A model generated the notes under the pieces. That model was not told the origin of the DNA. It ran no database searches and saw only the letters and a list, made by a program, of their open reading frames with translations. This document shows positions 9,721-20,057 of a DNA stretch of 64,000 nucleotides, piece after piece (position 1 is the first letter of the stretch; every line of letters starts with the position of its first letter). This DNA comes from an uncultured bacterium (GTDB taxonomy: Bacteria; Verrucomicrobiota; Verrucomicrobiia; Limisphaerales; UBA8199). A program made the translations under genes and the position numbers. The stretch is taken from the NCBI GenBank assembly GCA_963749495.1, contig CAVVMW010000014.1:480001-544000 (forward strand), given 5' to 3'.

Positions 9721-10019
9721 CAGCAGATGGGCCGGGCGGCCTTCCACCGGAAGACCGCCCCGGCCCCATCCCTTCTGCTGGAGCAGGAAAAAGCGATAAA
9801 TCCACCTCCCCAAAACCCCGCAGCCCCCTCGCCCCCCTCCCGCAAACATCAAGATAAAACCATCCGTATTAAGCGAGACGCGCTACACCGGGGTCTTGTG
9901 ATCCAGCGACCATGCCGTCCTCGATTGGGTTATTCTCAATCACGCTCCTCATGCTGAAATATAGCCCATGTTACCCTGTCCGTCAGCCATGCTTATGTCC
10001 GATTACCTGTGAAGGTCTA

Positions 10020-11313
10020 ATGGTGGATCGCTTTGCCAGCTATAAGTTTTTGGCCGTGGCGCTCCTGTTGGCTTTTTGCTGGGCGCATGTGCGGCGGGAT
10101 TTTCTGATGTTCCGTCCGGGGGCCGATGCGGCGGGACAGGGCTGGGCCGATCAGTGGATCGAGGGTATTGGGCAATTATATCGGCTCAATGAGGCGCGGC
10201 TCGAAAGGGGCCGGGATTTGAAGGCCCCGGCACTTCCCGCCTCGTTTGTGCGGATGGACCTGGAGCGGATGAAGAGGCCCGCATATGCCCAAAGCCAACA
10301 GGCCCTGGTCCAGCAGGTGGCGAGCCTGGCTCAGGCCCGGGATGCGCAACTGGCCCAAGCGGGGCTGCCGTCCCCGCGCCGGAAGATTCTGGAAAGTCTG
10401 CTTGCAGCCCATAAGGCTGCCAGTCCAGCCGGTGAAAGTCCGGCGATGGTAAATGACGATAAGCCATCCAGTCATAACCGACGTGGGTATTCGGGGTGAC
10501 CCGGCCCACGCAAGCCCGGTTGTAAAAGCCCTGGCCGAAGCGGGGCAAGCAGCACCTCCAGGCCGCAGCATTAAGCGAACGTTGCAGCTTCGTTACACAG
10601 CCCACGTGTTTCGGAATCGTGGGGGCTTGTGGTTGCCGAGCCAATGCAGATATGGCGAAGGCAGCACCAACGACCAAGGAATCGTCGAGCGCAGTCGTTG
10701 GAACCACCGGAGTACGGGCGACGGCATGGGGTGGAAGGACTGGCAGAGTAAATTGGGGACCCTCTGCGGCTGGCGGGCTGGTCCCGCAGCCTGGCGGAAT
10801 AATGCATAAGCCGCTGGGTGGCCAACAGAGGCGCAGATGTGGCCATAGTAAGCGACGAGCCGACCGGACAGCACAACCGGTTGGGGAGCCAAGGGCCACT
10901 GGACCCGCGGTCGTGGTCAGAAGTTCTCGGTGCCGCTTGGACGCAAGTCCGACTACGGAACAAACGCCGGGGACGGAGATACCGACAGTGACGGCCTATA
11001 AGCGGGCGATGACACGCCCGCGAAGGTGGCCGTGGCGTCAGGCGGGTTTGAAGCCGGTACTGGGGAAACCCGCCGTACGGAATTTTAGAGGGGGCAGAGG
11101 AAACGAAGTGGATGGCCTGATGACCGTTTGCCACGATGCCCGAAAGGGCCGACACACTGGAAGTCATTGGCCTAATCATGTTCGCGCCTCTGCCCTACTC
11201 GATGGGAACATTGGGCCGGGTTGACGCTGTTTTTGGAGCATCCGGGGATTCCGTTGGACAACAACGGGGCGGAACGGGCCGGGCGGCCCGCGGCGGTGGG
11301 GCGCAAGAACTAC
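10020..11313 (+). pseudogene. IS66-family transposase (TnpC) remnant split by a group II intron and truncated by an IS1182-like fragment
   Basis: DRFASYKFL...AFCWAHVRRDF before the intron; LTLFLEHPGIPLDNNGAERAGRPAAVGRKNY after it; the joined exons read ESLREHWAGLTLF in frame. Confidence 0.9.
10402..11203 (+). mobile_element. ORF-less group II intron, copy 1 (802 nt)
   Basis: 5' TTGCAG, 3' CTACTCGAT; domain V AAGCCGGTACTGGGGAAACCCGCCGTACGGAATT (11051-11084); domain VI stem GGGGCAGAGG/CCTCTGCCCTAC with bulged A; no RT ORF; excision restores the host frame. Confidence 0.92.
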
Positions 11314-12101
11314 TCCTGCCGCTGGGCCTGCTTTTCTTCGTACTCCTCCTGCTGCGCCGCCGCCATCTCTTTGGCCCGCTCCTCAATAACCTGCCGAGCT
11401 TGCTTCAACGCCGCCACCCGCTTTTCCCGCCGCGCCAACTCGGCCGGAATATCCAGAGTCTCCTCGGCCTCCTTTGCGTCGGCTTGCTCGGCCCGCCCCA
11501 GCAACTCCTTCACTTCCAATTCCAACTGCTCGATCATCTCTCCAGCCCGCTGGTAACTCACGGCGGCATGCTTGCTGGCATTGGCCTGAATTTTGGTCCC
11601 GTCCACACTCACGGCTCCCACTTTGCTCAAGTGCAACTCCTGCGCCAGTTGCAGCACGCTCACAAAGGCCGCCCGCAACGCAGCCCCATTGACCACCCGG
11701 AACTCGCAGATCGAAGAATGATCCGGATGGAGATTGGCGCACAGATACCGCACGGCCACGTCGTTGTAGGTGGCGGCTTCGATCGTCCGGGAGCCAAACC
11801 GGCCGGTGGCGTAACAGCAAATCAGCAAAGCCAGCATCATCGTCGGCGGGTATTGCTCACTGCCAGTGCCACGGTCGTTGACGTGGAAGTGGGCGGTCGG
11901 GATCTGCTCCACCGCATCCACGATGAAATGAACGATATGGTCCTCGGGCACCCACTCGCGCAGATCGCAAGGCAGAAACATCGGCGTCTGCCGGTCCAAG
12001 TTCACAAGACGTGCAGCCATGGTGATCCGATCCCCTCCGGCCCGCATTTGTTCAATTTATTTCAAAATATTTTCGCTCCCCTAAGTCCGACAGGCTGCTA
12101 G
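11310..12101 (-). mobile_element. IS1182-family element, 5' part only (DUF772 transposase from ATG 12020, truncated)
   Basis: LPCDLREWVPEDHIVHFI...YPPTMMLALLICCYATGRFGSRTIE...HPDHSSICEFR...VDGTKIQANASK; probable end ...gtccgacaggctgctag. Confidence 0.85.
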
Positions 12102-12850
12102 CAAACACGTTCAGCGAATATTTACCTGGAATTAGGTCTAACTAATTGCGGCAGAAGTTATTAGCGTGAAAGAAGGCCGCTGCTGCGGAGGACTCAAGCG
12201 GACCGTAACCGTTGGCCTGAACCCCTGTGCGTTTGATCCGAGGAAGAGTGACGTACGCTCCTTGTGAGGAGCGAGATTTCTCGACCTTGCTGGCCTTCGA
12301 GGCTTTGTTCCAATCGATAAGGGCGCTGGCCGTGTGCAGATTCAAGCCTTGCCTGGTGGCGTCGGTACAAACCAGATCGCCGCAGTTCTCGATGAGCTTA
12401 GGCACCGCGGTGAAGTCGGCCTACAGGCCAAGCTGGCCAGTCCAACATGGGGAATCGCCTGTTTCCACAGGTTTGCCAGGCTACCTGGCAAGCAGAGCAG
12501 AGGACTCATAAGCCGATTTTGGCGGTTTTCAGCGCGTTTCACGGCGTCTCTCCGCGCACGCCAACCCTTCATCCCGCCCCGTGTTTACCGAGTCGAAATG
12601 CACTTTCGGCCCGGTTTTACCGGGCCGGGGGATGATTTTGCAAAAGTAAGCACAAAAGTAAGCACGAAAGGAAAAGGACTGCGTTTCCTTTGGTCTGCAT
12701 CAGCGCTTCCTTTGGTCTGGCCTCAAACCCTGCGGGTAGGGGAGGCCGGCGTGCTTTTTGGGGGTGGGTGCGGAGGCAACGCCTGGCCCAACGAGCCCTA
12801 AACCCGCGCGGGCGTGCCTCCATAAGAACTCCGCCTAATCCGTCATCCGC

Positions 12851-12963
12851 GCCTGCGTGGACCACAGTGCCAGCTACGGCCTGATGCTCAACAAGCACAA
12901 CCAGACCTTCCTGTTCCACTTCGACGGCGCCGCCGATGACCCGGTGTTTTACGTCGAGTTGCG
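12851..12963 (+). repeat. Dispersed ~110-bp copy of coding sequence at 55540-55652
   Basis: DHSASYGLMLNKHNQTFLFHFDGAADDPVFYVELR vs DHGASYGLMLNKHNQTFPFHFDGAGDDPVFYAELR; only a few nucleotide differences. Confidence 0.9.
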
Positions 12964-12982
12964 CTTGATTCCGCGGCTTCCT

Positions 12983-14731
12983 TCATTTCTTCCTCAGCCG
13001 CGCGGCAATGTCCGCCTGGAAGGCGGGGGGTTCGAGTCGGAGCCGGTCGTCAGACGCGACCGCTTGAGCGTCGGTTACGCGCTTCCCTTCGGCAGTGTTC
13101 CACCACTGGACCGACCAGGCACCGTCGTCCACCCCGGTGAGGACCACCTTGGCACCCGTCAACGAGGGGGGAACGGCATTCGTCGCGCCGTCCGGCCAGT
13201 CGACAGCGCGATCCAGGAGCCAAACCAGCGCCTCGGTGCGCGAGGAAATCCCGAACGGCTTCACCCCGCCCTCAACCGTGTCGAACCGCGCCGGCCGCAG
13301 ATCCGCCCGGCCGATGCCCGTTCCCTCGAGGAACGCCGCGAGCGCGGACCAGTGAGGATAGAGGTTTGCCGAGTGAATGTTCTCCCACCACCAACTCATC
13401 GCGGTGCCGGCGGCGCCCGTGAAGGCCCCGCTCCAGAGGGCCTGGTGCAACGCCCGGAAATGCGGGTCGGTAGCAGGCTTCCACCCGCGCCAATCGGTCC
13501 CATACTCGCTGACGAGGAAGGGCTTGCGGTATTTATCGAAGAACCGCTCGGTCTTTGCCGCCATCATCTCCGCGGGGTGCGGTTCGTTGTAAGAATGGTA
13601 CTGCGAGAAGTCCATCTCCGGCAGGGCGTAGAGATCGGGCCGTTCGCTGCCGCCGGTGAAGCTGGAGGAGATCAGGTGGCGGCAGGGATCGATGCCGCGC
13701 AAGAAGCGGCCGAGGTCGCGGTGCCAGGCCACCACGTCCGCGTGCTTCAGGTAGGCGTACTCGTTGTCGATCTCGTTGAAGAACTCCCAGGCCAGGAGAT
13801 TGGGAAAGGCCGACCAGCGCGCCACGATGTAGCGCAGGCGTTTCTCATAGAGCTTCCGGGCCTCCGCGTTCGTGAAGAACTCGTTCTGGAGCTGGCAGGG
13901 CCCGCCGTTGGTGGCGTTATAAGGATGGCGGGGCCAGAAGTTGTTGCCGCCCCAGTAATCGGGTTTGATCTCGAAGATCCCGTGATAATCCAGGCAGAGC
14001 ATGACGAAGACGCCCCGCCGTTCGGCCTCTGCGAGCACGCGGTCCAGCCGCCAGGCATTGTCCATGCGGTAGTTGAGTTTGTCGCCGCGGTCCCACTCGA
14101 TACCGAAGGCCTGGTGCCACATCCAGAGGCGGATGTAATTGATCCCCGCCTTCTGGCTGCTCTCCAGCCAATCGTCGTAGTCATAAGTGCCGCGGCGGCC
14201 GTGCCAGCACATGCAGAGGCCGTCCAGGAAGAGCGGCGTGCCGTCGTCCAAACGGAACGAACGCATCCCCATCGGGTCGACCCTGGCCAGCCCGTGCCGT
14301 TTGCCGGGGACGGCTTCGATGACCGCCTCGCCTCTCGCGGCGATTTTGCCGGCGAGCGTGGCCCTCACCGACAGCGTGTGACGGCCCGGTTCAACTGGCA
14401 GCCAGCGGATGCGCCAGCGCTCGGCGCCGCCCTCGAGAACCTCGCGGCCGCCCTCGAGCTTCCGGCTGAATTCACGCTCGAAAAAACCGGGCACACGGAC
14501 GACTTTGCCGGAAGGGGCGGCAACCTCCGCGTCCAGCGCGACGACCTCGGGGTCGAATGGATTCGCCGCCGCAGGCATCCCCGAAACGGCGATCTCCACC
14601 CGCTCGTACACCTCGGGTTTGAAGGCGGGAAACACCAGGTTGAGCGCCGCGGCGGAATCGTCCGTGGCCGCCGCCGCCCCCAACAGGGGAGCGGCCAGAA
14701 TGAACATGCGCACGAGCTGGCTGATCTTCAT
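12983..14731 (-). CDS. Secreted DUF5060 + clan-A (GH5-like) glycoside hydrolase
   Basis: Signal peptide; NPFDPEVV...PGFF; YIVARWS...LAWEFFNEID (acid/base) and KPFLVSEYG (nucleophile). Confidence 0.85.
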   Translation of the reverse strand: MKISQLVRMFILAAPLLGAAAATDDSAAALNLVFPAFKPEVYERVEIAVSGMPAAANPFDPEVVALDAEVAAPSGKVVRVPGFFEREFSRKLEGGREVLEGGAERWRIRWLPVEPGRHTLSVRATLAGKIAARGEAVIEAVPGKRHGLARVDPMGMRSFRLDDGTPLFLDGLCMCWHGRRGTYDYDDWLESSQKAGINYIRLWMWHQAFGIEWDRGDKLNYRMDNAWRLDRVLAEAERRGVFVMLCLDYHGIFEIKPDYWGGNNFWPRHPYNATNGGPCQLQNEFFTNAEARKLYEKRLRYIVARWSAFPNLLAWEFFNEIDNEYAYLKHADVVAWHRDLGRFLRGIDPCRHLISSSFTGGSERPDLYALPEMDFSQYHSYNEPHPAEMMAAKTERFFDKYRKPFLVSEYGTDWRGWKPATDPHFRALHQALWSGAFTGAAGTAMSWWWENIHSANLYPHWSALAAFLEGTGIGRADLRPARFDTVEGGVKPFGISSRTEALVWLLDRAVDWPDGATNAVPPSLTGAKVVLTGVDDGAWSVQWWNTAEGKRVTDAQAVASDDRLRLEPPAFQADIAARLRKK

Positions 14732-14849
14732 GGGGAGAACCGGCGAGATCGGGATGAGTCTTTTCGTCTGCACGCGGAAGGCTAATCGGACCCTGGGAAC
14801 ATTGTAAACTGTCTTCGATGGCACTCACGGCCACCAACATCGTCCCTGG

Positions 14850-15220
14850 CAGCCTGTTCTACGTCGCGCACAACATGCCGCACGTGCCGTTGGGCGTGAG
14901 CGAAAAATTCCGCGGCAAGACGGCTCGCGGACTTTACGGCGATGTGATCGAGGAAATCAACTGGTCAGTGGGCCAGGTTCTTGACGCGCTCAAGCGAAGC
15001 GGCCTCGAACAGAGCACGTGGATCATTTTCACGTCGGACAACGGCCCGTGGCTGTGCTATGGCAATCATGCCGGCTCGGCCAAGCCGTTGCGCGAGGGCA
15101 AGGGCACGAACTGGGAAGGCGGCACGCGCGAACCGTGCATCATGCGCTGGCCCGGCCACATTCCCGCCGGCGCGGACACGTGGGATATGCTGATGACGAT
15201 TGACCTGTTTCCAACCATTG
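14850..15220 (+). pseudogene. Arylsulfatase internal fragment
   Basis: [11 protein letters not shown]...YGDVIEE...FTSDNGPW...[23 protein letters not shown]; no N- or C-terminus. Confidence 0.9.
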
Positions 15221-15241
15221 AAATGACAGGCATACGAGCCT

Positions 15242-16339
15242 TCACCACTGCTCGAGGCGCTTGATAACCTCCGGTTCCTGGCCTTCCTCGACGCCGAGGC
15301 AGAGAAACACACCCTCGGGTTCCACGGCGGCGATGAAGCCCTCAAGCTCGTCGAGCTGCAAGTCCACTACGATGGATTTGCCGGCGGCCTGGATACGCCG
15401 GAGCAGCGGCACCCATTGGAGAATGGGCTGGTCCAGGCCCAGGCCCTGCACCCATTGGATGGCGTGAATGTCGGGCATGGCCAAAAGCAGGTCCAGGTGC
15501 CGGGCCACGCCTTTGCCGTCCACGTGATAGATGTTACGCGTCATGCCTGCCACTTCGCGGCGGAGCAGCGGCAGAGAACACCGGGCAAAGTGGCGGGTCG
15601 AAATCATGGCCGCGACATCGCAACTGGGGATGTGCAGCTTGCCGAAGGAAGGGATGCCGAGCCAGGTCACCGACGGCAGGCCCCGCGCCTTGAGCAGGCG
15701 GTCGAAATGGTCGAAAATGCGGTGAAAATCGCGCACGGAACGCTCCAACAGCGGCTCGAGCTTGCCCGGCGCCGTGGCCAGGTCCAGGCACAGAGCGGGG
15801 ATTCCGCGCCAAGCCGCCACGCAATCGAGGCTCGGATGAAGATCCGAGTAGCCAACGAGATACTTCCCAGCACAGCGTTCCAGTGCGGCGCGAGTCAGCT
15901 CGTCGAGCTTTCGAAAATAGACGCTGGTAAACGGGTCCGGAGCGAGCACAGACAAGTCCTCCAAGTCCGTTACGAGGGGCGCGTACCAGGACGTGACTTC
16001 GGCGAACTCGAGCTCCCCGCCATAGAAGGCCGAATAGACATTGGGGCCCAGGTTGGGCCAAAAGACCGGGAACGTTTCGGCGTGGAAGGTCCGGCCCGCG
16101 ATGGAGCGCTCGAAGGTCTCCACCTGATATTCAACGTCGAACCAACAATCCCGAAGAGTGGCCCAGCGGGCGGGGTCGAGGGCGGCGCCGCCTTCGTACT
16201 CGACGTTATGGTGGTAGAAGCGGATGGGCGGGCGATCGAGAACGGCCTGCTTGAACCAGGCTTCGATGCGGGCCAGGCAGCGGGCCGAGTCCGGCTTGGA
16301 GTCCAGGTCGAAAGGGTAGTCTGGCGTGGTTGGGTGCAT
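15242..16339 (-). CDS. Uroporphyrinogen decarboxylase/cobalamin-methyltransferase superfamily protein
   Basis: [41 protein letters not shown]...IQWVQG. Confidence 0.8.
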   Translation of the reverse strand: MHPTTPDYPFDLDSKPDSARCLARIEAWFKQAVLDRPPIRFYHHNVEYEGGAALDPARWATLRDCWFDVEYQVETFERSIAGRTFHAETFPVFWPNLGPNVYSAFYGGELEFAEVTSWYAPLVTDLEDLSVLAPDPFTSVYFRKLDELTRAALERCAGKYLVGYSDLHPSLDCVAAWRGIPALCLDLATAPGKLEPLLERSVRDFHRIFDHFDRLLKARGLPSVTWLGIPSFGKLHIPSCDVAAMISTRHFARCSLPLLRREVAGMTRNIYHVDGKGVARHLDLLLAMPDIHAIQWVQGLGLDQPILQWVPLLRRIQAAGKSIVVDLQLDELEGFIAAVEPEGVFLCLGVEEGQEPEVIKRLEQW

Positions 16340-16354
16340 GCGGCCGCCCGTTCT

Positions 16355-17146
16355 TCAGCGCGGCTTGGCGGCGCCCGCCCTCCATTGCTCTTCGATTTCT
16401 TCGAGCGTCTTGTTCCTGGTTTCCGGGACGAAGCGCCAGGTGAAAAGCGCCTGGGTCAGCGCCATGAGGCCGAGGAACGCGAAGGTGGGCGCCTTGCCGA
16501 TTTGGTTAAAGGCCACCGGGAAGAACAGGACGGCCGCCGCATTTGCCGCCCACTGCGTCAGGACCGGCACAATCATCGCCGTGCCCCGCACCCGGTTGGG
16601 AAAAATCTCCGGCACCAGCGTCCAGAAGACCGGCCCGATGCAGGCAGCGAAGAAGGCGATAAAGGCCATGAAGAGGTAGTTGATGCAGTAGGAAACGAGG
16701 ATGCCGAGAGTAATGGAAAGCTGATAAAACGCGCACAGGCGCCCGCGCAGCACGGCCGGAGAAACCTCGGCCACATACATGGGGGACACGATGGAGGCAC
16801 CGCCCACCGCCAGCCCGCCCAGAAAGCGCGCGAGGATGAAGAGGCGAAAGGTCGGCGCCAAACCGGTGGCCACGGTGGTCGCGGCAAAGAGGAGCGCTAC
16901 CCCCAGGAGTATCTTTCTCCGCCCGGCCAAGTCGGTCAGACGACCCGCGATCACGGAGCCCACGATGCACCCAAAGAGCAACGAACTGAAGGCCCAGCCA
17001 AGGCTCAGATCATCCAGCTTGAAGTGACGGATGAGGAAAGGCCCCGCGCCGGTGATGATCGAGATGTCGAAACCGAACAACAAACCGCCCAGAGTGGCGG
17101 TCACCCCCAGGAAGGCGACGAATCGAAAGTTGATTTGGTTGGACAT
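16355..17146 (-). pseudogene. MFS sugar porter with in-frame internal deletion (263 aa, central helices missing)
   Basis: GGLLFGFD; DLAGRRK; PMYVAEVSP..LRG; INYL joined directly to FMAFIAFFA; VPETRNKTLEEIE. Confidence 0.85.
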
Positions 17147-17174
17147 GTTGGGGTTTGCCGTCGAGGCGGGCCGC

Positions 17175-19949
17175 TTATCGGTCAATGAACACACCTGTCG
17201 TGGGAAGCACAGGCTTGAGGCTCCAGCGGAGCGGCAGGACTAACGCGCTCAAGGCGCGCCCCGCCCGCGGCTCAGCGGCCGGCTGCGAAACAGCCGCCGC
17301 CTGCGGGGCGGCAGCAGCTTCCTGTGACGGGTGTGAAGACTGAGAAGGGGTTGAAGAGTGTAAAGGGAGAGAAGGGGAAGGAAGGGACGAGCGGACGTCG
17401 TCACCGGGTTCCCAGACGGCGGTTGCCGTCGTTCCTTCGGCCGTCTCGACAAACAGTTGGGCGCAATCCGGGAGATACCACGCACCTTCGTCGGCAGCAA
17501 GGAGTGTGACTTCAGGTTTCGCAAGGTGTTCGACCGTGCAAGGGAAACTCCCGTAAGAACCCTCCAGGGTGCCCACAGAGACACCGTCCACCAGCACGCG
17601 GAAAGGGCCGGGATGGTTGAAATTGGTGCCGGCGAGACGAAGTCTGGCCTTGGTGACAGCGCCGGCGGGCGCGGAAGCGGCTGTCGGCGCTGTGTTTGAC
17701 CGCCGCGGGAAACGCGCGTCGCGCACCACCGCAAGACGCGCAGTCTCGCCGTCCTCGAGCGCGGGTTCAGTGCCCGATCCCACCACCAGCATGGTGGCTG
17801 CGCTGTGGCGCGGCAGGGTCAAACGGGCCTGGCCAGGCCGGCTCCATATCTCGGCCCGGTAGGGCTTGTCCCCGAGCGGAATGGCATGGGCCCAGGTGAG
17901 AGCAGAGGCTTCCGGCAGCGAAATAGTGACCTCGACGGCAGTCACTTCGCGGTCGCCGCGGCTCAGGAATCGGATGCGGGAGGTCACCGGCACGAGGTAG
18001 CGCCCCTGAGGATCCGTGAACAAGTTGACGTTGTTGGCGCCGGTGGCGGCGACGCAATGCGGGCGCAAGACCTGGCGCCGTCCGGCAAGAACCTTGAAGA
18101 GCGGGGTGAACAACTCCTGCAGGTCTGCCGCGGCTTCCGCGGGCGGCTGTTGCGAGATAGGAAAGCGGTGGGCGATCATCTGTGGGAGCAAGGCGATCTG
18201 CAGCCGCTGTTTGAGTTGGGCCTCGAAGGGGGCGAGGTTGCGCGTGTCATAGGGCTTCGTGGCCTGCCGCCAGGCCGCTGCCGGGCGGAAGGGAATAAGG
18301 TAGCGCTGGGCCAGGTAGTCGGACTCGTGACACGAACCGTTGACGTCGCGCAGCACCTCGACCTTCCAGAACTGGTTCACGAGCACGCGCCGGCCCGCCG
18401 CATGGCTGAGCCGGCACACTTCCCGCACGGCTGCGGCGACCGGTCCGGCCAGGTTCTCCACGGGCCGGTCGCCCACCATGCTCAGGCCGTCGTCGTGGCC
18501 GTAGTCCAGGGTGCTGGCCCAGTCGAGGCGATCGATGACAAATCCCTGGCAGTCAGGCAACCGCCGGAGGTGGCGCTCCACTTGCTCTTTGAGTTGCGGC
18601 CAAAGCGAGTGGCCCAGCCCCGGGTTCATGGCCATGGCCCCTTCCCAAGTAGGGATGGCGTTGCTCGAGGCGTCCCGGATGAGGGCATCGGCGAAGCGTT
18701 CCCGAAGAAGGCGATTGGCCTCGGCAGGTTCGCCGCTCTGGCCGCCACTGCCGCCGTACTCCGTGACGTTGAAGTAAGCGTAGGTTCCGACTTGGTGCCG
18801 GAGCATTTCGTCAATGAAGGCGTTGATGCGGCCGTCGTTCATTGTCTCGCGCAAGTTCCACCACTTGGCATAGGTGTAGGGATACCAGTCGGGTTCGTCG
18901 GGCAGGTAGTTGCCCAAGTGCGTGAACCAGAAGGAGGACCAGATGTAACGCACATTCTGACGCTCCATTTCCAGAAAGTCCGGATGGGCCTGAATATGGT
19001 GGTAATAGAAGGAGCCGTCGTAGCGGTTGGGCGGCAAGGCTGGCTCGAAGTAGGCGGGGAACTGGCTGGCATAAGCGGCCAGCACGCTGCGGTAGTCGGC
19101 CTGGTGGGTGGTGAACAGGAGGCGCAAGGGGGAGGGCCGGCCGCCTCCCATGCCGCGGTGGCCCAGCGTGAAGCGCAGGACGCGCGCCTCGACCCATTCC
19201 ACCTGGAGATGCGGAATGTTCTGGTCCGGCGGCAGGGCCACCGTCAAGGCGCAGTCCTTGCCAACGTCAAACACACTGGCCAGGGGAAGAACGTAGGCGG
19301 TCTGGCCCGAGGCAGCCCCCCAGCCATTGAAACCATACGGAACCGGCCTATGTGAGGGCAGCAGCGAGAGATCCACTACGCCGCGATCGCTGGGAGTAAA
19401 GAGGCGCAGGGTGGGTGCCAGGACCGGCAGGTCGAGTGTGACTTCGTGGCCGGAGCGCGGTCCCTGGCCGGCAAAATCGAGATCCCACACCAGCCAGGCC
19501 CCCTCGCGGGACCAACGCGAGTTCATGGTCAGGCCGAGGGGGTCCAGTCGTGCTAGCACCGCGCCCTCGCGGATGGCGGAGCCATGGGCCGGCGCGGCGG
19601 CGGCGCCGGTGGTCTCCTTACGCGCTTGGAGTGTGGCCGACCCCTGGAGCCATTGGCGCTGGCTGTCACCCAGGCGGGTCTCGAGCTGCGCAGGCAGGCC
19701 GGTGGCGGGCTCGAATGTCGCGCGCAACTGTCCTGCCCTGCCGCCCTGGCCGACGGGTACCGTGATAAAGGAGCCGGCTTCCGAGGCTCCCGATGGCAGG
19801 GCCTCCTCGGTGGCGACGGGGAGCGCCAGGGCGCGGGCAGCCGGCTCCCCCACCACGAGCAGCACGGCGGTCAGCAACCCCCCAGGCAACCGCCCCGCCC
19901 AGGGCGAGGGCTGGCTCCGAAGTCGGGCTGTTCCTAATCTAAAGGTCAT
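17175..19949 (-). CDS. Large unclassified glycoside-hydrolase-like protein (paralog of the next gene)
   Basis: 924-aa ORF sharing YFNVTE(Y/F)G, IDRLDW and (F/Y)PA(Y/F)F(E/D)P with 20058-22616. Confidence 0.6.
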   Translation of the reverse strand: MTFRLGTARLRSQPSPWAGRLPGGLLTAVLLVVGEPAARALALPVATEEALPSGASEAGSFITVPVGQGGRAGQLRATFEPATGLPAQLETRLGDSQRQWLQGSATLQARKETTGAAAAPAHGSAIREGAVLARLDPLGLTMNSRWSREGAWLVWDLDFAGQGPRSGHEVTLDLPVLAPTLRLFTPSDRGVVDLSLLPSHRPVPYGFNGWGAASGQTAYVLPLASVFDVGKDCALTVALPPDQNIPHLQVEWVEARVLRFTLGHRGMGGGRPSPLRLLFTTHQADYRSVLAAYASQFPAYFEPALPPNRYDGSFYYHHIQAHPDFLEMERQNVRYIWSSFWFTHLGNYLPDEPDWYPYTYAKWWNLRETMNDGRINAFIDEMLRHQVGTYAYFNVTEYGGSGGQSGEPAEANRLLRERFADALIRDASSNAIPTWEGAMAMNPGLGHSLWPQLKEQVERHLRRLPDCQGFVIDRLDWASTLDYGHDDGLSMVGDRPVENLAGPVAAAVREVCRLSHAAGRRVLVNQFWKVEVLRDVNGSCHESDYLAQRYLIPFRPAAAWRQATKPYDTRNLAPFEAQLKQRLQIALLPQMIAHRFPISQQPPAEAAADLQELFTPLFKVLAGRRQVLRPHCVAATGANNVNLFTDPQGRYLVPVTSRIRFLSRGDREVTAVEVTISLPEASALTWAHAIPLGDKPYRAEIWSRPGQARLTLPRHSAATMLVVGSGTEPALEDGETARLAVVRDARFPRRSNTAPTAASAPAGAVTKARLRLAGTNFNHPGPFRVLVDGVSVGTLEGSYGSFPCTVEHLAKPEVTLLAADEGAWYLPDCAQLFVETAEGTTATAVWEPGDDVRSSLPSPSLPLHSSTPSQSSHPSQEAAAAPQAAAVSQPAAEPRAGRALSALVLPLRWSLKPVLPTTGVFIDR

Positions 19950-20057
19950 ATTCCAGCAAGGCGGTTGGTTGCCTTCCTGAAGACTGCATGGGACAGCGTT
20001 CGGGCTGCTCGTGGCTGAGGGCCATTCGCACGCGGTCTTTTGGTTTGACGGACGATC

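Noticed and set aside
10453..11224. ORFs inside the intron copies as an intron-encoded protein
   Set aside because: No RT motifs (no YADD) and the ORFs are not conserved between the two copies
12641..12670. caaaagtaagca tandem repeat as an integrase arm site
   Set aside because: No recognisable integrase or tRNA/att core nearby
12851..12963. Possible DGR template/variable repeat pair with 55540-55652
   Set aside because: Mismatches are not adenine-specific and there is no reverse transcriptase in the window
12857..14785. Long antisense ORFs (also 7147-8499, 15416-17188, 17805-19355, 38520-40049, 41814-42971, 56393-57784)
   Set aside because: Shadow frames of real high-GC genes on the opposite strand
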